Shown here: positions 48,199 to 59,476 of the stretch, in pieces
Layout: each line of letters starts with the position of its first letter
How positions within the stretch are numbered: the first letter of the stretch is position 1
Assembly: GCA_021787535.1 (NCBI GenBank)
Contig: JAJYLR010000001.1
Span: 492,321 to 556,320, forward strand
Source of the DNA: a bacterium
GTDB taxonomy: Bacteria; Patescibacteriota; CPR2; UBA1875; JAJYID01
DNA: 64,000 nt
Reading direction: 5' to 3'
The notes under the pieces: model-generated
Databases searched by the model: none
Seen by the model: only the letters and a program-made list of their open reading frames with translations
What the model was told of the DNA's origin: nothing
Translations under genes and position numbers: made by a program

Positions 48199-48502
48199 CT
48201 TTTATCTCTTGTGTTGGATCCGACTGATCGTCAGAACCTCCCTTGTTTTCATTATTTTCTGTTTCTTCTTGCCTTTTCGGCTTTTCCTTGTGTCTATATG
48301 TAATCCTGCCCTTTGTCAGGTCATAAGGCGTCATCTCAACCGTCACCTTGTCACCCGGCAGAATTTTTATATAATGCATTCTCATCTTCCCGGAAATATG
48401 CGCCAAAATAATATGCCCGTTCTCTAGCTCTACTTTAAACATTGCATTCGGAAGAGTTTCGAGGACGGTTCCTTCTACTTCAATTACTTCCTTTGTACTC
48501 AT
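48188..48502 (-). CDS. infA: translation initiation factor IF-1 with ~30-aa acidic C-terminal tail
   Basis: [35 protein letters not shown]1-like core. Confidence 0.9.
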   Translation of the reverse strand: MSTKEVIEVEGTVLETLPNAMFKVELENGHIILAHISGKMRMHYIKILPGDKVTVEMTPYDLTKGRITYRHKEKPKRQEETENNENKGGSDDQSDPTQEIKDES

Positions 48503-48587
48503 TGCCTAAAAATTTCCTTTATCTGATTTTCGTGCGCTAAACATTATTATACATGAAAGCGCATTAAATTACAACATTTTTTTAATA

Positions 48588-49898
48588 CTAAACAATTTCC
48601 TCATAGCTTCTGGTAATAATCTGGGCTTTCAGCTGGTTTGCTATCTCTATGGCTACTGCAACTACGATCAATATACCGGTACCGCCGATAGCTATATTCT
48701 GATCGGCAGCAAAAAATATTCTCATGACAAATGGAAAGACAGCAATAATACTAAGAAATATTGCCCCCCAAAGAGTCACTCTCATAATTAGGTAACTCAA
48801 ATATTTTTCTGTTTGTGTTCCCGGCCTGATTCCCGGAATAAAACCCCCTTGCTTTTGCAGATTTTCGGCTACATCTTTGGGTTTGAAGTATAGGAATGTC
48901 GAGAAAAAGGTAAAACCGAAGATCAAAACAAAATATAGTACTGCATAAGATATAGTCGTGGTTGCAAAGGTGGTTTTAATAAAGTCGGCAGCATTTTTAA
49001 CCCACATAGTCTTTGCGTTTGATAAAAATCCGATTACCTGAGGTATATTCATGAATGCCCCGGCAAAGATAATCGGAATCACTCCTGCCATATTAAGCCG
49101 AAGCGGCAGATGAGTATCTATACCGCCGTAGAGCTTTGTGCCGCGCATCCTTTTGGCATAGGAAATCGGTACCTTTCTTTTAGCTTCTGTAATAAAGACA
49201 ATAGCCGCCACCATCACAAGCGCCAGAACTGTTATCCCGCCATATTTCACGACAGATGCTGTATCAAAACTACCGCTCGAAAAAATATTTGATACGGCAT
49301 TTCCAACATATTGAGGAAGCCGTGCGATAATACCGGCAAAGATAATAATAGAAATACCATTTCCTAAACCTTTTTCCGTTACGAGTTCTCCTAACCACAT
49401 CAGAAAGAGCGTACCGGCGGTAATAGATAAGAGCATTATAAACCACCCGAAAATATTCACATGGGCAAGCAAGGTTTTATTGCTTACGTTATTAAGCAAG
49501 GTGATCATACCGAATCCTTCAATAAAACACAGCGGAACAGTCAGATATCGCATATACTGATTCAACTTTTTTCTATCCTCAGTGTCTTTGTTCATCTCCT
49601 CGAACTTTGGAAAGACAATTGTGAGAAGCTGTATCATAATTGAAGCGGTAATGTATGGGCCGAGCCCCATCAGTGCAACCGAAAATCTTGATGTTCCTCC
49701 TCCGGAGAACAAATCAAATAAAGGAAATAGGCTATTTTTGGAAGAAAATGCCTGATTAAAAAAGTTTTTTAGATCATCTGTTGACGGCCCGGGTATCGGG
49801 ATATGGGAAAAAACTCTAAAGATAACAAGTATAAAAAGAATAAATAAAATCTTTTTGATAAGATCTTTGTTTTTTAAGACTTTTATCCAGTAGTTCAT
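48588..49898 (-). CDS. secY: preprotein translocase subunit SecY
   Basis: 10-TM profile, position after rplO. Confidence 0.92.
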   Translation of the reverse strand: MNYWIKVLKNKDLIKKILFILFILVIFRVFSHIPIPGPSTDDLKNFFNQAFSSKNSLFPLFDLFSGGGTSRFSVALMGLGPYITASIMIQLLTIVFPKFEEMNKDTEDRKKLNQYMRYLTVPLCFIEGFGMITLLNNVSNKTLLAHVNIFGWFIMLLSITAGTLFLMWLGELVTEKGLGNGISIIIFAGIIARLPQYVGNAVSNIFSSGSFDTASVVKYGGITVLALVMVAAIVFITEAKRKVPISYAKRMRGTKLYGGIDTHLPLRLNMAGVIPIIFAGAFMNIPQVIGFLSNAKTMWVKNAADFIKTTFATTTISYAVLYFVLIFGFTFFSTFLYFKPKDVAENLQKQGGFIPGIRPGTQTEKYLSYLIMRVTLWGAIFLSIIAVFPFVMRIFFAADQNIAIGGTGILIVVAVAIEIANQLKAQIITRSYEEIV

Positions 49899-49952
49899 TT
49901 ATTGCCTATCAATTACTAATTAAAACAAATCCGCGAATTAATATACCAGATG

Positions 49953-50426
49953 TTATTCTGTTTTTTCGTTCTTTCGGTCTTTTGTTGATTGGCGCTTAGC
50001 CAATTTATTAACCTTGCCGCCTTTTTTCACAATCTCTTTTTCTGCCTTTTCCGAAATATGCTCAACTGATACTTCTACTGCTTTATCAAGCTTACCGTTT
50101 GCCAAAACTTTAACCGGTAACTTGGTATTCTCAATAATTCCTTTTTCGAGAAGTTTTTCTTTGGTGACTTTGCCGCTGAACTGGTTTAAATCAGACAGAT
50201 TGACAACTTGATTTTTGGGCCGGCGGGACTTGAATCCTTTAAGCTTGGGTACTCTCTGAATAAGCGGCATCTGGCCTCCTTCGAAACCAACTCTCACCTT
50301 GCCGCCGGATCTTGATTTCTGGCCCTTTGTACCTCGTCCGGAGGTTTTCCCCAAACCGCTTCCTATACCTCTGCCAACCCTTTTGCTTGTTTTGCTTTTA
50401 ATACTGGATAGTCCGTGTAGATTCAT
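49953..50426 (-). CDS. rplO: 50S ribosomal protein L15
   Basis: G/K-rich N-terminus [20 protein letters not shown]. Confidence 0.92.
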   Translation of the reverse strand: MNLHGLSSIKSKTSKRVGRGIGSGLGKTSGRGTKGQKSRSGGKVRVGFEGGQMPLIQRVPKLKGFKSRRPKNQVVNLSDLNQFSGKVTKEKLLEKGIIENTKLPVKVLANGKLDKAVEVSVEHISEKAEKEIVKKGGKVNKLAKRQSTKDRKNEKTE

Positions 50427-51010
50427 TTTTTACCTTTCGCTTTTTCCTTAGATTTAACGGTTTTTTTTGCCTTGCTTTCCGTTTCTTTTTTCGTTTTAAC
50501 TGCTTCCGGCTTTTGTTTTTTCTCTTTTTTTAATGCTTGCCCTTCTCTTTCTGATAAGCTTTTTAATGCCTCGAAAGTTGCATAAACGTTATTAATCTTG
50601 TTTGATGACCCGATCATCTTAGACAGGATGTCTGTAATACCGGACACCTCAACTACCGCCCTTACCGCGCCGCCGGCTATCACACCCGTACCGGGATGCG
50701 CCGGTTTCAAGAATACTTTAGCGCCGCAATATTCTTTCATAACCTCATGAGGAATACTAGTTTCGTGAATGTTGATAGTCACCAAGTTTTTCTTTGCCTG
50801 CGCCACAGCTTTTTGAATAGCCAAAACCACCTGAGAAGCTTTAGCGACTCCCACACCAACTCTGCCTTTTCTATCGCCGATAACAACAGTAGCTCGAAAT
50901 CTAAGCCGCCGGCCGCCTTTTACCACTCTCGTGACACGATCAATTTGGACAACCTTTTCTTCAAACTCCTTCGGTTCTCTTTCAAATGTTCTGCGTATAT
51001 TTTCTGCCAT
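50423..51010 (-). CDS. rpsE: 30S ribosomal protein S5 (K-rich C-terminal extension); no rpmD follows
   Basis: dsRBD + S5 C-domain ([15 protein letters not shown]...). Confidence 0.92.
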   Translation of the reverse strand: MAENIRRTFEREPKEFEEKVVQIDRVTRVVKGGRRLRFRATVVIGDRKGRVGVGVAKASQVVLAIQKAVAQAKKNLVTINIHETSIPHEVMKEYCGAKVFLKPAHPGTGVIAGGAVRAVVEVSGITDILSKMIGSSNKINNVYATFEALKSLSEREGQALKKEKKQKPEAVKTKKETESKAKKTVKSKEKAKGKK

Positions 51011-51034
51011 ATTATTTTTCCTAATTTTATGCTG

Positions 51035-51391
51035 CTAAAATTCTAATCCGCTTTCACGAGCGCCTTCTGCTATAGCTTTAACTCTTCCGTGATAAAGCTT
51101 GCCTCCGCGATCAAAGACGGCTTTTCTAATATTTTTCGCCTTGGCTCTCTGTCCTAATGTCTTTCCTATCTGCTTTGCAACTTCGGCTTTGGTCCCGGCG
51201 ATTTTCTTTGTCCCTTTCTCATAGTCACTAGCTGAAACAAGAGTTTTACCTGTGGTGTCATCAATAATCTGGGCAAAGATATGCTTGTTCGACGAAAAAA
51301 CAGAAATACGCGGACACTTGCTTGTGCCATATATTTTAAATCTGACTCTTCTTTTTCTGGATTGCCTGTTTTGGACTTTTTTGCTTTTCAT
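51035..51391 (-). CDS. rplR: 50S ribosomal protein L18
   Basis: order and conserved C-terminus [17 protein letters not shown]. Confidence 0.92.
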   Translation of the reverse strand: MKSKKVQNRQSRKRRVRFKIYGTSKCPRISVFSSNKHIFAQIIDDTTGKTLVSASDYEKGTKKIAGTKAEVAKQIGKTLGQRAKAKNIRKAVFDRGGKLYHGRVKAIAEGARESGLEF

Positions 51392-51438
51392 TTTTATTCC
51401 TTAGTAACTCACTAACTTCAAACTTATAAACTAATGTG

Positions 51439-51975
51439 CTATTTGCCTGCCGCTTTTCCGGCTTTTCTCTTTATTACTTCATCTGAATACCTTATACCCT
51501 TGCCTTTATAAGGTTCTGGTTTTCTGACTTTTCTAATATCAGCAGCAAACTGGCCGACACACTGTTTATCGCTTCCTGATATGGTGATAGTGTTTTTCTG
51601 GACCTTTGTTTCCAAACCTTCAGGAACAGCCATTTCCACAGGTTTGTTATAGCCCATATGCAAAACAAGTTTTCTTCCATCCACCGCAGCTCTATAACCC
51701 GTTCCTTTAAACTCTAATTTTTTATCAAAACCTTCACTCACACCTTGTACCATATTAGCGATTAATGTCCTGGTTAAACCCCACATGGCACCGGCTTCTT
51801 TAGTATCTTCTTTTTTGGAAACTAGAATTTGGTTTTCTGAAACTTTGACGTCTACTTTTTTGTTTTTAACAAAATTAAGCTCGCCTTTGGGGCCTTTGAC
51901 CGAAATTTGGCTGCCCGAAAGACTAACGCTCACCCCTTCTTTAATTTCTATTGGTAGTTTTCCTATTCTTGACAT
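51439..51975 (-). CDS. rplF: 50S ribosomal protein L6
   Basis: MSRIGKLPIEIKEGVSVSLSG. Confidence 0.93.
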   Translation of the reverse strand: MSRIGKLPIEIKEGVSVSLSGSQISVKGPKGELNFVKNKKVDVKVSENQILVSKKEDTKEAGAMWGLTRTLIANMVQGVSEGFDKKLEFKGTGYRAAVDGRKLVLHMGYNKPVEMAVPEGLETKVQKNTITISGSDKQCVGQFAADIRKVRKPEPYKGKGIRYSDEVIKRKAGKAAGK

Positions 51976-52006
51976 TTTAAATTTCCTAATCTCTCATTTA
52001 TCTCAC

Positions 52007-52393
52007 TTAATATATCGTACAAATTATTTCACCGCCAAGCCCTAGTTTTTTTGCCTCTGATCCTGCCATTACTCCTTTTGAGGTAGAAACAATAACCATC
52101 CCCATTCCCTGCAGAACAGTCGGAATATCACTCTTTTTCGTATAGACTCTGCATCCGGGTTTGGAAACTCTTTCAATCTTTTTCGGCTGTTTTTGGCCGG
52201 CTGAAAGCATCACTTCTATATAACCGGACTCTTCTTTAGACACGCTAAAATCTTGAATATATTCCTTCCTCTTCATCACGTTAAGAACATCTCTTTTAAG
52301 TCGAGAGTCAGGTACAAGAACGCTTTTCTTTTCAACCATATAAGCGTTTCTTATTCGTGTTAACATATCTGCTATTGGATCATTTACTGCCAT
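52007..52393 (-). CDS. rpsH: 30S ribosomal protein S8
   Basis: DPIADMLTRIRNA. Confidence 0.93.
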   Translation of the reverse strand: MAVNDPIADMLTRIRNAYMVEKKSVLVPDSRLKRDVLNVMKRKEYIQDFSVSKEESGYIEVMLSAGQKQPKKIERVSKPGCRVYTKKSDIPTVLQGMGMVIVSTSKGVMAGSEAKKLGLGGEIICTIY

Positions 52394-52405
52394 ATTTTTC
52401 TCCTT

Positions 52406-52591
52406 TTACCAACTTGATTTTGTTACGCCTGGTATTTCACCCTTATTTGCCATTTCTCTAAAACAAATACGGCAAAGCTCAAACTGCCTCATATATCCCC
52501 TGGGTCTTCCGCAAGCTTTACATCTGGCAACCTTTCGAGTTGAATGTTTAGGTTTTCTCTCTGATTTTACTACTAACGCTTTTTTTGCCAT
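52406..52591 (-). CDS. rpsN: 30S ribosomal protein S14 type Z (zinc-binding, 61 aa)
   Basis: [23 protein letters not shown]. Confidence 0.92.
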   Translation of the reverse strand: MAKKALVVKSERKPKHSTRKVARCKACGRPRGYMRQFELCRICFREMANKGEIPGVTKSSW

Positions 52592-52599
52592 ATCTTCTC

Positions 52600-53139
52600 C
52601 TATTTTTTAAAAGGAAATCCCATATTGCTTAATAATTCTTTTGCTTCTTCATCCGTTTCAGCTGTAGTTTTAATATTAATCTGGATGCTAAAGGGATGCG
52701 GGAATTTATCATACGGTACCTCAGGGAAAATGCCGTGATCTTTGATCCCTAAACTGTAGTTTCCATGACCGTCAAATGCACCTGTTTTTAAACCTCTGAA
52801 GTCTCGAACACGCGGCAATGCGATGCTTATAAGGCGATCAAGAAAATCATACATCTTTTCGCCTCTTAAGGTCACTTTAGCGCCTATTTCCATCTCTTCT
52901 CGTATCTTAAACCCGGCAATTGACTTTTTAGCTTTAGTTTTGACCGGCGCCTGACCGGTAATAATTTTTAATCCTTCAATCACATCGTCCAATTCTTTTG
53001 AATCTTTAGCCCCCCGCCCGACTCCGGCATTAATAAAAACACAGTCGATTTTCGGAATCTGCATAACATTCTTATAACCAAACTGGCTTTTCAGTTTGTC
53101 TTTAATTTCTTTTTTATATAAATCTAATGTTTGTGACAT
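52600..53139 (-). CDS. rplE: 50S ribosomal protein L5
   Basis: order; conserved L5 core. Confidence 0.92.
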   Translation of the reverse strand: MSQTLDLYKKEIKDKLKSQFGYKNVMQIPKIDCVFINAGVGRGAKDSKELDDVIEGLKIITGQAPVKTKAKKSIAGFKIREEMEIGAKVTLRGEKMYDFLDRLISIALPRVRDFRGLKTGAFDGHGNYSLGIKDHGIFPEVPYDKFPHPFSIQINIKTTAETDEEAKELLSNMGFPFKK

Positions 53140-53152
53140 ATCTAAATCCCAA

Positions 53153-53473
53153 TTAACTTAATAACTCTTTGCCGCATTTTCTGCAGATTCTCTCTTTATT
53201 TCCGTTTTTTAAAACTTTAAAACCAACTTTGTTTGATTTGTTGCAACCCGGACAAATGACCTGAATGTTTGAAATATCAACCGGAGATGCCTTTTCAACA
53301 ATACCTCCCTGCGGGTTTGACGAATTGCCTTTGACTGCTTTTTTCATAACATTGATGCCTTCTACGATTGCCTTTTTTTCTTTTGGCATCACAGTTAAAA
53401 CTTTGCCGGATTTTCCTCGATCTTTCCCCGTCAAGATGTAAACTTTATCTCCTTTTTTGATTTTTACTTTCAT
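53153..53473 (-). CDS. rplX: 50S ribosomal protein L24 with C-terminal Cys4 zinc-ribbon extension
   Basis: KOW KIKKGDKVYILTGKDRGKSGKV; C-terminal CPGC...CRKC. Confidence 0.9.
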   Translation of the reverse strand: MKVKIKKGDKVYILTGKDRGKSGKVLTVMPKEKKAIVEGINVMKKAVKGNSSNPQGGIVEKASPVDISNIQVICPGCNKSNKVGFKVLKNGNKERICRKCGKELLS

Positions 53474-53508
53474 TTTTATTCCTAAATTCCTAATTACTTA
53501 ACTTCTAG

Positions 53509-53877
53509 CTAAAGCACTTCCGGAGCCAGAGAGACAATTTTCATATAGCCTTTTTCTCGCAGTTCTCTTGCTACCGGCCCGAAAATCCTGGTTCCTCGTG
53601 GCTGCCCGTCTTTATTGATGATAACTGCTGCATTATCGTCAAATCTGATAGTTGACCCATCTTTTCTTCTATAACCGCTTCTGGCTCTGACTACTACCGC
53701 CCGCACTACTTCCTTTTTCTTAACCGTGCCTTGCGGAATAGCGGTTTTTACACTGCAGGTAATGATATCGCCCACTCGAGCATATCTTCGCCTTGTGCCG
53801 CCAAGAACCTTGATGCACATTATCTCCTTTGCACCAGTGTTATCAGCCACTTTTAACTTTGTTTGCATCTGTATCAT
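53509..53877 (-). CDS. rplN: 50S ribosomal protein L14
   Basis: [27 protein letters not shown]. Confidence 0.94.
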   Translation of the reverse strand: MIQMQTKLKVADNTGAKEIMCIKVLGGTRRRYARVGDIITCSVKTAIPQGTVKKKEVVRAVVVRARSGYRRKDGSTIRFDDNAAVIINKDGQPRGTRIFGPVARELREKGYMKIVSLAPEVL

Positions 53878-54125
53878 TTCTTACTTCCTTTTTCTTCTAT
53901 AACTTTCCATCTTTTGTTTTTGCTCTCCGGCTTTGTTTCCTGAATTTCGACAATGTCTCCTTCTTTATGTCCCAGAGTGTCTGCCGCCATGAATTTAGTC
54001 GAAACCTTATATTGTTTACGATAAATAGGATGAGTTTTGACTCTGTCAACTCTAACAACTACGGTTTTATCTTGTTTTGCGGAAACAACTGTTCCTTTTA
54101 ATATTCTGGTCATTTTTTCTCTCAT
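53874..54125 (-). CDS. rpsQ: 30S ribosomal protein S17
   Basis: [27 protein letters not shown]. Confidence 0.93.
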   Translation of the reverse strand: MREKMTRILKGTVVSAKQDKTVVVRVDRVKTHPIYRKQYKVSTKFMAADTLGHKEGDIVEIQETKPESKNKRWKVIEEKGSKK

Positions 54126-54168
54126 TCTTTGAATAACTCCGACCGAAGCGTCGGAGCTTCATTATTAA

Positions 54169-54396
54169 TTATTTCTTAATTTCCTTATCTGCCTTGTTTT
54201 CTTCTGATACCAACTCTCTCTGCCTTTTGACTGTCAAAGCTTTTGCGATATCTTTCTTGATAGACCTAAGCTCACGAACTTTGTTCGATTCCTTGGTTCT
54301 TACGTCAAATGACAGTTTAAGCAATTTGCCTTTGGAATCGTTGATAAACTTATCCAGTTCCTTGTCTTTTTTCTCTGCTATTTCTTTAATCTTCAT
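54169..54396 (-). CDS. rpmC: 50S ribosomal protein L29
   Basis: position and helical K/E-rich 75-aa protein. Confidence 0.85.
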   Translation of the reverse strand: MKIKEIAEKKDKELDKFINDSKGKLLKLSFDVRTKESNKVRELRSIKKDIAKALTVKRQRELVSEENKADKEIKK

Positions 54397-54817
54397 TTTT
54401 TACCTCTTGAATAGTCTTCATTACTACCTTTGTCTTCATAGGCAGCTTATGTGAAGCCAGTCGCAGAGCTTCCTTGGCCGCTTCTTCGCTGATACCATCC
54501 ATTTCGAAAATTATTCTTCCCGGCTTTACAGTATAAACGAAATGATCAGGTGAACCTTTGCCTTTTCCCATGCCAACTTCGTTTGGTTTTTTTGTAACCG
54601 GCTTATCGGGAAACACTCTAATCCAGATCTTGCCGCCGCGTTTGACTGATCTTGTCATTGCCCTCCTTGCTGCTTCAATCTGTCTTGAATTCAGCCAAGC
54701 AGGTTCAGTGGCCTTCAGCCCGTATCGGCCAAATGAAATTTCATTGCCTCTCGTGGATTTGCCGGTTTGAGGATTTTTTTGGCTTTTTCTAAATTTTGTC
54801 TTTTTCGGCATTAACAT
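54386..54817 (-). CDS. rplP: 50S ribosomal protein L16
   Basis: [11 protein letters not shown]...[12 protein letters not shown]. Confidence 0.93.
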   Translation of the reverse strand: MLMPKKTKFRKSQKNPQTGKSTRGNEISFGRYGLKATEPAWLNSRQIEAARRAMTRSVKRGGKIWIRVFPDKPVTKKPNEVGMGKGKGSPDHFVYTVKPGRIIFEMDGISEEAAKEALRLASHKLPMKTKVVMKTIQEVKNED

Positions 54818-55470
54818 TATTTTTTCTCTCCGGCTTTATTCCTAGTAACTGAACCGTCATAAATCCAAACTTTTATACCTATCACTCCATATGTTGTGTT
54901 TGCTTCAGCTGTGCCATAGGCAATGTCTGTGCGAATGGTTTGCAAGGGAATTTTTCCTTCTGAGGTAAACTCGCTTCTGGCAATTTCGGCTCCATTTAAT
55001 CTTCCCGAAACCATTACCTTCACTCCTTTAGCTCCGGCTTTAAGCGCTTTATCAACCGCCTGTTTTATAGCCCTTTTATAAGCCATTCTTCTCTCAAGCT
55101 GTGAGGCAATATTCTCAGCAACCAGCTTTGGATTAATCTCCGGATTTCTAATTTCTTCAATATTGATATCTTTTACTTGACCTTTAACTATTTTCTGAAG
55201 GTTTTTCTTGAGTTCCTGAGCTCCTGATCCTCCGCGACCAATCAAAACTCCGGGCCTTGAGGTATAAATATTTAGAGAAACCTGGTTTGCATTTCTTTCT
55301 ATTTCAACTCGAGCTACGCCTGCTTTTCGCCCCAGGTTTTTCATAATAAAGTTTCTAAGCTTAATATCCTCATGCAACTTTTGAGAATAATCTTTATCAG
55401 CATACCATTTGCTTGACCAGTCTTTGGATACTTGCAATCTAAAACTTATTGGACTAACTTTATGACCCAT
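54817..55470 (-). CDS. rpsC: 30S ribosomal protein S3
   Basis: [26 protein letters not shown] domain. Confidence 0.93.
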   Translation of the reverse strand: MGHKVSPISFRLQVSKDWSSKWYADKDYSQKLHEDIKLRNFIMKNLGRKAGVARVEIERNANQVSLNIYTSRPGVLIGRGGSGAQELKKNLQKIVKGQVKDINIEEIRNPEINPKLVAENIASQLERRMAYKRAIKQAVDKALKAGAKGVKVMVSGRLNGAEIARSEFTSEGKIPLQTIRTDIAYGTAEANTTYGVIGIKVWIYDGSVTRNKAGEKK

Positions 55471-55904
55471 TACTTACCTTCCTCCACTTTTACTTTTGCC
55501 GTCTTTTTTACATTTTCTTTTTTATCATTAACACTATCTTTTTTGTTTTCCGCTGTTTTTTTAACCGGCTTTTCCTTACCTTCCAGAACGATAGTTACAT
55601 GAGAAGTCCTCTTTCTTATTGCGCTTGCCATACCTCTGGCACGGGGACGGTGGCGTTTCAATGTCGGCCCTTCGTCTATCATAATCGTTGAAATCAAAAG
55701 ATCTTTTTTATCCATGCCGTGATTATTTTCAGCATTGGCAACGGCTGACTTTAAAGTTTTTTCTATAAGTCTGGCCGCCTTTTTAGGAGTAAATTTCAAA
55801 ATATCAAAGGCACGGTTAGTGTTTTCCCCTCTAACCATATCAGCGACCAATCTTGTTTTTCTTGCTGAAATTCTATTGTATTTTGATACTGCTTTAACTT
55901 TCAT
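55470..55904 (-). CDS. rplV: 50S ribosomal protein L22 (C-terminal K-rich extension)
   Basis: [22 protein letters not shown]. Confidence 0.92.
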   Translation of the reverse strand: MKVKAVSKYNRISARKTRLVADMVRGENTNRAFDILKFTPKKAARLIEKTLKSAVANAENNHGMDKKDLLISTIMIDEGPTLKRHRPRARGMASAIRKRTSHVTIVLEGKEKPVKKTAENKKDSVNDKKENVKKTAKVKVEEGK

Positions 55905-55951
55905 CTTCTTAATTTAATCCTTAGTAACTTACCAACTTATGAACTTATGAA

Positions 55952-56230
55952 CTACTTCCCCTTTGCTTGTTCTTTAGCCATTTTACCGCCATGCCCTCTA
56001 AACTTTCTAGTCGGCGCAAACTCGCCAAGCTTATGTCCTACCATATCTTCAGTCACAAAAACCTGCACATGAATTTTACCGTTATGGACTCCAAAAGTAT
56101 GTCCTACCATTTCAGGAGAAATACTGGATCTTCTGGCCCATGTTTTAATGATTTTTTTGTCTGCATTAGCAAGAACCTTCTTCAATAATTTTTCGTCCAC
56201 ATAAGGACCTTTTTTAAGCGATCTAGACAT
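55952..56230 (-). CDS. rpsS: 30S ribosomal protein S19
   Basis: [19 protein letters not shown] ... [10 protein letters not shown]. Confidence 0.94.
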   Translation of the reverse strand: MSRSLKKGPYVDEKLLKKVLANADKKIIKTWARRSSISPEMVGHTFGVHNGKIHVQVFVTEDMVGHKLGEFAPTRKFRGHGGKMAKEQAKGK

Positions 56231-56283
56231 TCTTCTTCTGCTCCTTTTTGGAAATTGTTAATTGGAAATCGATCATTTTCAAC

Positions 56284-57111
56284 CTACCTCTTCCTTCCTC
56301 TAACTATCATTTTTGATGACCGTGCTTTTCTGTTTCTGGTTTTAAATCCAAGCGCGGGCATCCCCCAAGGAGTCTTTGGATGAACCAAACCGATATCTGT
56401 TCCGCCTTCACCGCCTCCATGAGGGTGATCAACCGGATTCATAGCTTTACCGCGAACAGTCGGACGAATACCCATATGCCTTTTTCTTCCGGCTTTTCCG
56501 ACTTTGATATTTTTGTGTTCCGGATTTGAAACCTCGCCAACCTGTGCCAAACATTCTTTCAGAACAAGCCGTTGTTCACCTGAGGGAAGCTTCACTTGAA
56601 CATACTTGCCTTCTTTTGCCATAAGCTGAGCTCGCGCCCCAGCACTTCGAGCTAACTGCCCGCCTTTACCGGGGATAAGTTCGATATTATATATTACGGT
56701 ACCAACAGGAATGTCTTTTAGCGACATGCGATTGCCGCTTCTCACATCAGCTTTTTCACCGGCCATTATTTTTTTGCCGACACGAGCATTTTTCGGCGCT
56801 ATCATATAAAATTTCCCGCCGCCTGTTTTCTCTACAAGAGCAATACGGGCATTTCTGTTCGGGTCATACTCAATAGCCGTGATTTTTCCTTCGATATTGC
56901 CTGTCATCTTAAAGTCAATAATGCGATATTTCCTCTTTGCTCCTCCACCTCTGTGCCTTACTGTAATTTTACCTTGAGCGTTACGGCCGGCTTTTTTCTT
57001 TATCACAGTAACTAAAGATTTTTCCGGTTTCTTTTTGGTAATATCCAAAAAGTCGTCCATACTCATCTTTCTTCTTGCATTGGTTGTAGGTTTTACAAAC
57101 TTTACTGCCAT
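56284..57111 (-). CDS. rplB: 50S ribosomal protein L2
   Basis: conserved C-terminus HPHGGGEG... Confidence 0.94.
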   Translation of the reverse strand: MAVKFVKPTTNARRKMSMDDFLDITKKKPEKSLVTVIKKKAGRNAQGKITVRHRGGGAKRKYRIIDFKMTGNIEGKITAIEYDPNRNARIALVEKTGGGKFYMIAPKNARVGKKIMAGEKADVRSGNRMSLKDIPVGTVIYNIELIPGKGGQLARSAGARAQLMAKEGKYVQVKLPSGEQRLVLKECLAQVGEVSNPEHKNIKVGKAGRKRHMGIRPTVRGKAMNPVDHPHGGGEGGTDIGLVHPKTPWGMPALGFKTRNRKARSSKMIVRGRKR

Positions 57112-57396
57112 TTAAATCCCCTTAAACTCCTCAATCTTATCGCCTTTCTTAACAGTCACATATGCTTTCTTAAAATCCGATCTTTTGCCAAACTTTCTTC
57201 CTACTCTTTTTACCTTACCTTTCATAACAACTGTTTGAATATTTACAACTGTGACTTTAAAAAGTTTCTCAATTGCCTTTGCTATTTCAATCTTATTCGC
57301 ACGGCTATCTACCACAAAAACATATTTTCCTTCCTCAGCTTTTGCAAAACTTTTCTCGCTTATAACCGGCCTTTTTAAAATTTTTGTTGTTTCCAT
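57112..57396 (-). CDS. rplW: 50S ribosomal protein L23
   Basis: ILKRPVISEKS. Confidence 0.92.
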   Translation of the reverse strand: METTKILKRPVISEKSFAKAEEGKYVFVVDSRANKIEIAKAIEKLFKVTVVNIQTVVMKGKVKRVGRKFGKRSDFKKAYVTVKKGDKIEEFKGI

Positions 57397-58013
57397 TATT
57401 TATCCCCCTTAACTGATCCTAAAGAATTGCCTAAAAATACAATCTTTTTAGCCCAAAGCACATCGTAAACATTCATATTTTTCTTTACGCAAACCTTTAC
57501 TCCGGTTTTTAAATTCCTTAAACTTTTAGTAATTTTTTCATCTGATTCTTCTGTTACAACTAATACATTTCTGTCTAACCCTATTTTTTTAAATAAATCA
57601 GCAAATACCTTTGTAGAAGGTTTTTCAAGCTTTATTGCCTTTATCGCCAGGATATCTTCGTTTTTCTTCGTTGCAAGGGCCGCGGCCAGTGCGGCCTGGG
57701 CTTTCTTCTTTGGCATTTTCAGTTTGAAGCTTTGCTCGCCGGTCGGGCCAAATGTCACTCCGCCTCCGCGCCAAATAGGTGATCGGTTTGATCCTGCTCT
57801 GGCTCTGCCTGTGCCTTTCTGCCTCCACGGCTTCTTGCCTCCGCCTGAAACTTCGGACCTGTCAAGCGTGTTGGCCGGAGCTTGTCTTTTATTGGATGAA
57901 ATAATATAAACTGCCTCGGTCACAAGAGCCGGGTTGACTTTCCCGTCAAAAAGTTTGGTATTTAAACTTTCTGCCGTCTTTTTCCCTGTTTTATCGTAAA
58001 CTGCTACTTTCAT
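57396..58013 (-). CDS. rplD: 50S ribosomal protein L4
   Basis: GGGKKPWRQKGTGRARAGS. Confidence 0.93.
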   Translation of the reverse strand: MKVAVYDKTGKKTAESLNTKLFDGKVNPALVTEAVYIISSNKRQAPANTLDRSEVSGGGKKPWRQKGTGRARAGSNRSPIWRGGGVTFGPTGEQSFKLKMPKKKAQAALAAALATKKNEDILAIKAIKLEKPSTKVFADLFKKIGLDRNVLVVTEESDEKITKSLRNLKTGVKVCVKKNMNVYDVLWAKKIVFLGNSLGSVKGDK

Positions 58014-58092
58014 CTTACAATGTTTGAATTGTTGGATCGCTTCGCTTGCAGAAATTGTTTGTTTTCACCTTCCAACATTTCTTTCAACTCCT

Positions 58093-58728
58093 TCAATTAC
58101 AACTTCTTATTAAAAGTAATGACTTTTTAGGCCCTGGTACGGCACCTCGAATAGCTAGAATGTTGTTTTCTTTATCTACTTTGCCAACTTTCAGGTTTTT
58201 CACTGTAACGCGAGAATGCCCCATCTGGCCCGGCATCTTCATTCCTTTGAAAACATGTTGGGGATACATAGCGCCGATCGAACCCGGTTTTCGCTGATTT
58301 CTGGAACCATGTGTCATGGGTCCGCGATGGAAACCATGTCTTTTGATGGTTCCGGCGAAACCCTTGCCCTTGCTTAATCCTGAAACGTTTATCTTCTCTC
58401 CTTCATCAAAAATATTGCAGGTTATTTCATCTCCGACTTTTATGTTTTCTGTGTTTATTTTAACTTCCTGCAAATATTTTGATTGTGATTTTGATGTTTT
58501 AAGATGCCCTTTTAAGGGTTTGGAAATCTTTTTAGCCAATCCAAAACCAATCTGTACGGCCTCATATCCATCTTTGTCCATAGACTTAATCTGGGTCACT
58601 GTGCAAGGTCCTGCTTCAACCAAAGTAATAGGAACTATTTCACCGCTTTCTGCGAAATAGTTTGTCATACCTATTTTCCTAGCCAATATCGCCTTCATTT
58701 TTCCAGACAAAAAAAACGTTTTCGACAC
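58093..58728 (-). CDS. rplC: 50S ribosomal protein L3
   Basis: ILARKIGMTNYF...KGKGFAGTIKRHGFHRGPMTHGS. Confidence 0.93.
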   Translation of the reverse strand: MSKTFFLSGKMKAILARKIGMTNYFAESGEIVPITLVEAGPCTVTQIKSMDKDGYEAVQIGFGLAKKISKPLKGHLKTSKSQSKYLQEVKINTENIKVGDEITCNIFDEGEKINVSGLSKGKGFAGTIKRHGFHRGPMTHGSRNQRKPGSIGAMYPQHVFKGMKMPGQMGHSRVTVKNLKVGKVDKENNILAIRGAVPGPKKSLLLIRSCN

Positions 58729-58843
58729 ATGGATAGTTTCCCTAAGGACTTTTCCATACCCCGACGGTTAAATATTCATTCCGTTATATTGCAATAACTT
58801 AAAAGATTATAAGGCTTCTCACACTAAAAGTCAACTCTAAAAC

Positions 58844-59386
58844 CTACTGTCTACGTTTTTTTTTAAAAATATTCAAAGGAATCAAAAGTATTTTCTTTGC
58901 TTCGGCCTTTACTGGAACATTCCAACCTATTTTTTCTTTAGCTTGAATCATCGAAAGCAGTTGAAAAGGATGAAGTTTAGTGAAATTGCCTTCAAAAGCG
59001 TGTTTTATCTTTTTTCTATCGTCTTTTGGCAACAATTTTTTGAGTTCATCTTTGATAGTCGAAGGAGTAAAAATATAAATATCAGTTATACCTTTTCGTT
59101 TAATAATATCATCCAGGATTTTATCCATTTCCTTCAAAAAACGGTGCCTGATTTCAACTTTGTTTGTCTCAAGAACAGACCCGGATTCTAAAACCCTGCC
59201 ATGCCCGGCAGTTTCAAAAAATCCTTCTTTATCTGAATAGTGTGGATATAGAAGCTTGAACTCTCCTATTTTTTCTATTCTGCCATTTTTAGCAATATAG
59301 AAATCAGCTTCGTGAAGGCCGGTAACGACAATTAAAGCTTTTTGATTTTGGAACTGTGGCAAATCTCTGGTTATCTTCATAATCAA
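58844..59386 (-). CDS. hypothetical protein (180 aa); speculative eRF1/Pelota-like fold
   Basis: ORF only; part of non-ribosomal block inserted between rplC and rpsJ. Confidence 0.4.
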   Translation of the reverse strand: MIMKITRDLPQFQNQKALIVVTGLHEADFYIAKNGRIEKIGEFKLLYPHYSDKEGFFETAGHGRVLESGSVLETNKVEIRHRFLKEMDKILDDIIKRKGITDIYIFTPSTIKDELKKLLPKDDRKKIKHAFEGNFTKLHPFQLLSMIQAKEKIGWNVPVKAEAKKILLIPLNIFKKKRRQ

Positions 59387-59434
59387 AAATATAACAAATA
59401 TTATACAAATTTTATTTGTTTAATTTTATAAATT

Positions 59435-59471
59435 AGACCCCCAGAGTGTGAACACCCTGAGGGTCTTTTTT
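59435..59471. terminator. hairpin + T-run (bidirectional terminator-like)
   Basis: AGACCCCCAGAGTGTG-AAC-ACCCTGAGGGTCT imperfect stem then TTTTTT. Confidence 0.5.
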
Positions 59472-59476
59472 AGAAA

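Noticed and set aside
47765-48427. 220-aa + strand ORF
   Set aside because: Lies antisense to rpsM, rpmJ and infA; low-complexity shadow ORF of the ribosomal genes.
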